64,000 nucleotides of DNA from NCBI GenBank assembly GCA_049322915.1, contig JBMOPW010000019.1:31774-95773 (forward strand), in the 5' to 3' direction. The notes beneath the pieces are model-generated. The model was not told where the DNA came from. It worked only from the letters and a program-made list of their open reading frames with translations, and made no database searches. Both the position numbers and the translations under genes were made by a program. This DNA is from Candidatus Zhuqueibacterota bacterium. Its GTDB lineage: Bacteria; Zhuqueibacterota; Zhuqueibacteria; Thermofontimicrobiales; Thermofontimicrobiaceae. Shown here piece after piece: positions 59,639 through 64,000 of the stretch; position 1 is the stretch's first letter, and the number at the start of each line of letters is the position of its first letter.

Positions 59639-60865
59639 TCACGGTGTGTTGTTATAAACTGACCATATATGCTGTTTAATGGGCTTGAAATCTTCTACGC
59701 TTCTCATGTGCCCTATCTGGCATTTGGGGCATTTTATGAATAAATCGTCCTTGAGTTTCGAAACTTCTCTATCGGCACTGTCTCTATGCTCATTCTCCCG
59801 TTTTATCCCCAGTGACTGCCTTATTTGCTCTATCTTTTCCTCACGTATTGCCTGAGCCAGAAAACCGCCATAACGAATTTTACGAAACCGCTTTGGTAGA
59901 ATATGTAATAAAAACCGACGAATGAATTCTTCGGCAGATAAATTACAACTTTCTTTGCTGCCACCCTTTTTATAGTTCTTCACATAAAAATGAATGTTAC
60001 CACCACTAATATCAATCAGTCGATTATTGGATAATGCAACTTTATGCGTGTAACAACCAACATATTTGACCACTTGCTTTGGCCCGCCAAATGGTGATTT
60101 GGCATAGCTCACCCAATTATCGCTTGCAATGTCATTGAGAAAATATTCAAACATGACGACATTTTGTAAGCTTTCGTTTCCAGTTGGGAATGTTATTTTC
60201 CCTTTAAGATATGCTTTACGCAATAGCTTTATAAAACGTGCCTTTATCACTTTTCCCATGGCAGTGCCTGGAAATAAAAACTTATCGTGATAGGGTAACG
60301 CTTTCCAATCTCCATCCTGGGTAATGCCACCCCCTGGTATAATGAAATGCCAATGTATATGATAGCAAAGCCCTTTTCCCCACGTGTGTAAAACTCCAAT
60401 GAATCCTAATTGTCCCCCCAGGAATTTAGGATCCTTGCCAAATTTGAGTAATGCATAGGCCGCTGCATGGTAAAATAAATTATAGATTAATCGTTTATTA
60501 TAGAGCGCTAATGTATTGAGTCGATGGGGGAGCGTAAAAACAACATGATAATATGGAACGGGTAACAATTCTTTTAATCTGGCAGCAACCCATTGCCGTC
60601 TCACAATGCCCTGGCATTTTGGACAATGTCGGTTATGGCAGGAATTGTAAGCTGGTTGTTGGTAATGGCAAACATCACAGACTTCTAAATGTGCGCCACA
60701 ATCAGCAGTACGACATACTTGAATATCATAAAGAATTTTCTTCTGCCAGCGAGAGAGGCGATGCTTTGTCTTGTATAAGGGCAGATACTTCCGCAGAATA
60801 TCTGCAAGTTCATATTTGGGACGATTGCCGACTGTTTTAGATGAATGTGCTCGACATGACGACAT
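59639..60865 (-). mobile_element. IS91-like (HUH Y2) transposase
   Basis: Zn finger CRT..C..C, NSCHNRHCPKC, HVVFTLP, LHTWG..HIHWH, YVGCY, RFLLHILP. Confidence 0.9.
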
Positions 60866-60944
60866 AATGGCTATACTATCATATAGTAAATTGAATAACT
60901 CATTATATCTTATTTTAATTTATAGACTTGTAGCTTGCTACTAT

Positions 60945-61104
60945 GTGCAACAAGTGATTATATAGTTTCTGCATAACATCCCGGAACAGGTTAATACTGC
61001 GGCACAGAACAACAATAGAAACAGTGCCTTTTGTGAAATGATTTTCTATATCTCAGGAAATTAGACGGACCGCATAACGCCCAAAAAAGTATGTTATACA
61101 GAAA
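60945..61104 (-). repeat. Truncated attC-like site (R' GTTGCAC kept, R'' missing)
   Basis: tttctgcataacat / atgttatacagaaa inverted arms; R' matches R'' at 59582-59588. Confidence 0.55.
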
Positions 61105-61247
61105 GATGGTTTATTAATGGAACCAATTCCTGCCAAGATTCAAAATCCCAACGTCGCTTTGACAAAAGCCCAATACGTGTATCAGCAATGATAGCGTCTT
61201 AGGGGCGAGAAAGAGACATGAATACTGAACAGGAGTGTACGAAAATT

Positions 61248-61337
61248 AATATAACAACAACTCGTAAAAAATCAAGTCTTTTTTTCCGAATTTAAAAAAA
61301 TTTCCTGACTAAAATTACCTGGGGAACGCATCGAATC
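61248..61337 (-). promoter_or_regulatory. 90-bp direct repeat carrying a putative promoter, copy 1
   Basis: Minus strand TTGATT-16 bp-TATATT with AT-rich upstream; one mismatch to 62335-62424. Confidence 0.65.
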
Positions 61338-61693
61338 CTCAGCCAGCATTTCACTGAAAGGGGAGTCGTTTCATGGAATGGTATGTGTCGGGGCTTACTC
61401 CCTCATCGCCATCGTCATGTCGCCGGTGAACACTCCCCCACCTTTATGAAAAGCGTTCCAATACACTGGATTGGCCATATGTTCTTCCGGCTCATCGCCA
61501 AAAAATGCCTCCCGTGTTGCCTGCTGGTTGATCATGTTCCGTTGGGTGGTGTCTTATTTTCCACAATCATTTTCGTCAGCACGAGCCGTATTATACCCCC
61601 AATCGCAAGTGACCTTGTTCAGATCATCAATGCCCAACTGATGCAGCAAATTCCGTATCACGCTATCGCTCCTCTGAATATCGTCTTCATAAG

Positions 61694-61759
61694 ACGCAAT
61701 GCCCGCATTACAGGGAGATGCCCGCCGGGGACATTATCCGGCTCATGCGGTGGTTAGGA
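61694..61759 (-). repeat. attC site (R'' TCCTAAC, degenerate R' ATTGCGT)
   Basis: ccgcat..atgtccc / gggcat..atgcgg palindrome overlapping the stop of the upstream ORF. Confidence 0.65.
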
Positions 61760-62185
61760 CATAAATAGCCGTATAAGCAAGCATACTGAAATCATGCACA
61801 ACGAAGCTTGCATGACTACTATATATGTTGATGTGTTAATCTTTCCCACTGCTGTTGAATGAGCCGTTACAAGAAATGATTTGATCAATGTATCAATCCC
61901 CAGTTCTTTCTCATGGGCTTTGATGATTTCAAATTTCTCTTTCTGCCGCCGGCGATGATGGAGGGCAATGATAAGACCGAATACACTATTCAAGATTACT
62001 GCGCTGTAAGCAAGGGCAAGGTAGAAGATGTTAACCTGCTTTATCTCTAAACCCACGACACCAAGGAAGAAAAGAATAGAGTATTGAAGTACTTTCCACG
62101 TTTGATCTCGCATATGAAAATGGTCTTGCCATTGAGTCTTAAGATTGTCGGAGAGTATGCTCATTCTGTCTTCCATGTTTTTCAT
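61754..62185 (-). CDS. Small 3-TM hypothetical cassette protein
   Basis: Two N-terminal TMs, basic loop, C-terminal TM; stop TAA inside R''. Confidence 0.65.
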   Translation of the reverse strand: MKNMEDRMSILSDNLKTQWQDHFHMRDQTWKVLQYSILFFLGVVGLEIKQVNIFYLALAYSAVILNSVFGLIIALHHRRRQKEKFEIIKAHEKELGIDTLIKSFLVTAHSTAVGKINTSTYIVVMQASLCMISVCLLIRLFMS

Positions 62186-62220
62186 CCTTTTATTGTGCTA
62201 ATAAGTAATTTCACAAACCT

Positions 62221-62318
62221 GCATAACATCTCAGATGCATTGAGTACGCCGCAGAACAAATTCTGTAACATCATTGCCTTTGGTGAAATCGTTCGGCGCT
62301 CATCTGAAGATGATGCAG
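62221..62318 (-). repeat. Degenerate attC-like site (R' GTTATGC)
   Basis: atctcagatg..cgccg / cggcg..catctgaagat arms; R'' decayed. Confidence 0.5.
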
Positions 62319-62334
62319 ACCGTAGCGTAAGATG

Positions 62335-62424
62335 AATATAACAACACCTCGTAAAAAATCAAGTCTTTTTTTCCGAATTTAAAAAAATTTCCTGACTAAA
62401 ATTACCTGGGGAACGCATCGAATC
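62335..62424 (-). promoter_or_regulatory. 90-bp direct repeat carrying a putative promoter, copy 2
   Basis: Copy of 61248-61337. Confidence 0.65.
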
Positions 62425-62462
62425 TTTAGTACAGCGTTCCACAATTTTTTGTCGGGTAGGTT

Positions 62463-62562
62463 GTCATGCCCGTCCGTCGGCTGACGGACTATCGGGCATC
62501 CACAAGATGGATTCCCGCTAAAAACATGTGACCGAAGGAAATGCCTGCGGTACGGGAATGAC
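62463..62562. repeat. REP-like double hairpin (GTCATGCCCG..CGGGCATCCA..TGGATTCCCG..CGGGAATGAC)
   Basis: Two nested palindromes bounded by GTCAT/ATGAC. Confidence 0.5.
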
Positions 62563-62627
62563 AGCATTCCATTCATGCAGTTTTGAAAATTTTCAAACCT
62601 TATAAAAATTTATGAAATGGTGTACTT

Positions 62628-62794
62628 AGCCTGCATTATTCATAGGATTTTTAAAGGGGGCTGGCTAACCTGAATGGTGCTCTTTTTAGAATAAACGTAT
62701 AAAAACTGAGTTTCAACATAGCTTAGTTTTTAGCTAGTTGAAAATCTGAATGTTGACTCAAATTCTGAGCAAGTTCATGAATAATTCAGGTTAG
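62628..62794. mobile_element. ~167-bp MITE-like element, copy 2 (inverted)
   Basis: Reverse complement of 26645-26811 with a few substitutions. Confidence 0.75.
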
Positions 62795-62795
62795 G

Positions 62796-62903
62796 TTCAC
62801 CCCGTGAGATAGTAAAATTTATCTAACACGTGATGTGCCAGATGGTAAGAAAATAAGTATCTCCTGAGATTGTTCTTCCAATTCAATTATCTCACGGGGT
62901 GAA
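62796..62903. mobile_element. 108-bp element with perfect 16-bp terminal inverted repeats
   Basis: ttcaccccgtgagata / tatctcacggggtgaa. Confidence 0.55.
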
Positions 62904-62925
62904 TCATCGCAACGCGTTGTCCTGA

Positions 62926-62986
62926 GTTTGCCTAAAGAACAAATAACGCTTCAACAAACATTCAGTTATACGACATCATGTCGCAG
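62926..62986 (-). pseudogene. 5' relic of a second group II intron copy
   Basis: CTGCGACATGATGTCGTATAACTGAATGTTTGTT..TTGTTCTTTAGGCAAAC resembles the intron 5' end at 57122-57063. Confidence 0.75.
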
Positions 62987-63060
62987 TCATAACGCCGGGC
63001 ACAAGTGGTTCACAGAAGCGCCAGCTTTTTAAATTCCATCTTACAATGCGCTTGTTCGAC
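62987..63060 (-). repeat. attC site (R'' GTCGAAC, R' GTTATGA)
   Basis: Directly after hicB; R'' matches R' GTTCGGT at 63575-63569 in 5 of 7 positions. Confidence 0.7.
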
Positions 63061-63070
63061 TTTTTCCCTA

Positions 63071-63295
63071 TCAAGCAGATTGTGCCTGGTAGATAACCGG
63101 TCGATATTTAGGCTGTGGGATTGGCTTACCTTCCAATTTTGCAGCCTCAATCCAAAGAGATTTGGCCTTTTGAACTTCATGTAGTGCTTCATCAGGTGTA
63201 TCACCAAATGCTGAACATGCTTCAAGATCAGGGATGTCAGCAATGTATCCGCCGTCATCCTCAGAATAAAAAATATTTATATGATAATCACGCAT
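63071..63295 (-). CDS. hicB: HicB-like antitoxin
   Basis: YIADIPDLEACSAFGDTPDEAL..GKPIPQP. Confidence 0.88.
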   Translation of the reverse strand: MRDYHINIFYSEDDGGYIADIPDLEACSAFGDTPDEALHEVQKAKSLWIEAAKLEGKPIPQPKYRPVIYQAQSA

Positions 63296-63549
63296 TATTC
63301 GTTCTCCTCCAGTTTTAAATTATGTCTTTCGACAAGCTTCAGAAATTGACGAATCTGATATATCTTGGCCTGACCTTTCACATTTTGAAGGTTAACAAGT
63401 TCTGGAATGTCTGGTCGAGTGAAAATGTTATGACTCCCATCTGTTCTTGATAGGGTGAAACCAAAACCTTGAACAAGATTTACCATATCAGAGAACTTAA
63501 TGTTTTTTGAACCTGCAAGTATTTTTTGAAGAATTTTTCTTCTCTTCAT
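63295..63549 (-). CDS. hicA: HicA-family toxin
   Basis: GSHNIF..LVNLQ..AKIYQIRQ. Confidence 0.85.
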   Translation of the reverse strand: MKRRKILQKILAGSKNIKFSDMVNLVQGFGFTLSRTDGSHNIFTRPDIPELVNLQNVKGQAKIYQIRQFLKLVERHNLKLEENE

Positions 63550-63568
63550 TTTTTATCATCTTTCACAA

Positions 63569-63698
63569 ACCGAACGCTTCAAATGAGTTGCGAAACGCTG
63601 CGGGAGTCATATTCTAAATTACCTGCAATACATTCTGCGGAACACTGCTGCCGGATTTCAGCAATCCGCTTTGCGTCAACCCGGTTTGATCGTTATAC
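63569..63698 (-). repeat. attC site (R'' GTATAAC, R' GTTCGGT)
   Basis: tcaaa..gttgacgcaaagcg / cgtttcgcaactc..tttga arms. Confidence 0.75.
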
Positions 63699-63761
63699 TT
63701 TGCTTTATTATTCAACGCAGAGACGCAGAGGACGCAGAGCTTCGCCGAGTTTTTCTATAGT

Positions 63762-63998
63762 TTATTCCGGTAACTTGTTAACCACTCGCTCAATTCCATC
63801 ACGCAGCAATTCCACATGAAAATTTATTAGTAAGCCTAAATGTTTTTCACTCAATCGTAAATATGTTAAAAGCTTTAGCTTATCTATAGCTGATAATGTT
63901 TCTTTTGCTTTCAAATCAACGATGACTTTATCTTCAACTAATAAATCTAACCGTAAGCCTGTACTTAGCTTTATACCTTTGTATGGAATCGGTACACT
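63762..63998 (-). CDS. GxxExxY-family protein, C-terminal part (5' end beyond window)
   Basis: Manual translation YKG..RLDLLVEDKVIVDLKA..LLTYLRLS..LGLLINF..GIERVVN. Confidence 0.85.
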   Translation of the reverse strand, partial: SVPIPYKGIKLSTGLRLDLLVEDKVIVDLKAKETLSAIDKLKLLTYLRLSEKHLGLLINFHVELLRDGIERVVNKLPE

Positions 63999-64000
63999 TT

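Larger units (their letters stand above)
51235..64000 (-). mobile_element. Integron gene-cassette array (integron or CALIN; integrase not in window)
   Basis: About 11 attC-like palindromes with matching R'/R'' cores delimiting co-oriented short genes of variable AT content. Confidence 0.9.

Noticed and set aside
61340..61757. 124-aa plus-strand ORF and short minus-strand fragments
   Set aside because: Antisense to the array and overlapping attC; minus-strand pieces are interrupted and unrecognisable, probably decayed cargo
1..64000. CRISPR array, tRNA or rRNA genes, integron integrase
   Set aside because: No regularly spaced identical repeats, no cloverleaf or rRNA signatures and no tyrosine recombinase ORF seen by eye

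Overview
Two-part window from a diderm bacterium; gene content (GWxTD, DUF4292, BamA/TamA-like barrels, AsmA) suggests an FCB-associated lineage such as KSB1/Calditrichota (inference only). Bases 1-~51,200 are chromosomal backbone: envelope and glycosyltransferase genes, an ECF sigma/anti-sigma operon, a glgC-like/glgC/ManC-PMM operon, a UAP-type pyrophosphorylase and an RsbU/V/W partner switch. Bases ~51,235-64,000 are a minus-strand integron cassette array with about 11 attC or attC-like sites, most confirmed by matching R'/R'' core pairs; no integrase is in the window. Main cargo: (1) a ~4.2 kb single cassette encoding a 4-TM protein, an MBL-fold hydrolase with a ...KKPMGA tail and a fused E2-E1-JAB enzyme, i.e. 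a CBASS Cap2/Cap3-like conjugation system without a cyclase; (2) an 848-nt ORF-less, non-IIC group II intron inserted in the attC core in cassette orientation, whose putative EBS1 loop is complementary to the GTTRRR core, plus a second relic at another attC; (3) an ORF-less cassette holding an inverted mini-copy of its own attC; (4) an IS91-like transposase packaged as a cassette; (5) two HicAB modules, a DUF5919-like/NMNAT-like pair, a REC-TM protein, a GxxExxY gene, a duplicated 90-bp promoter module and MITEs. All calls come from reading motifs by eye; no searches were run.
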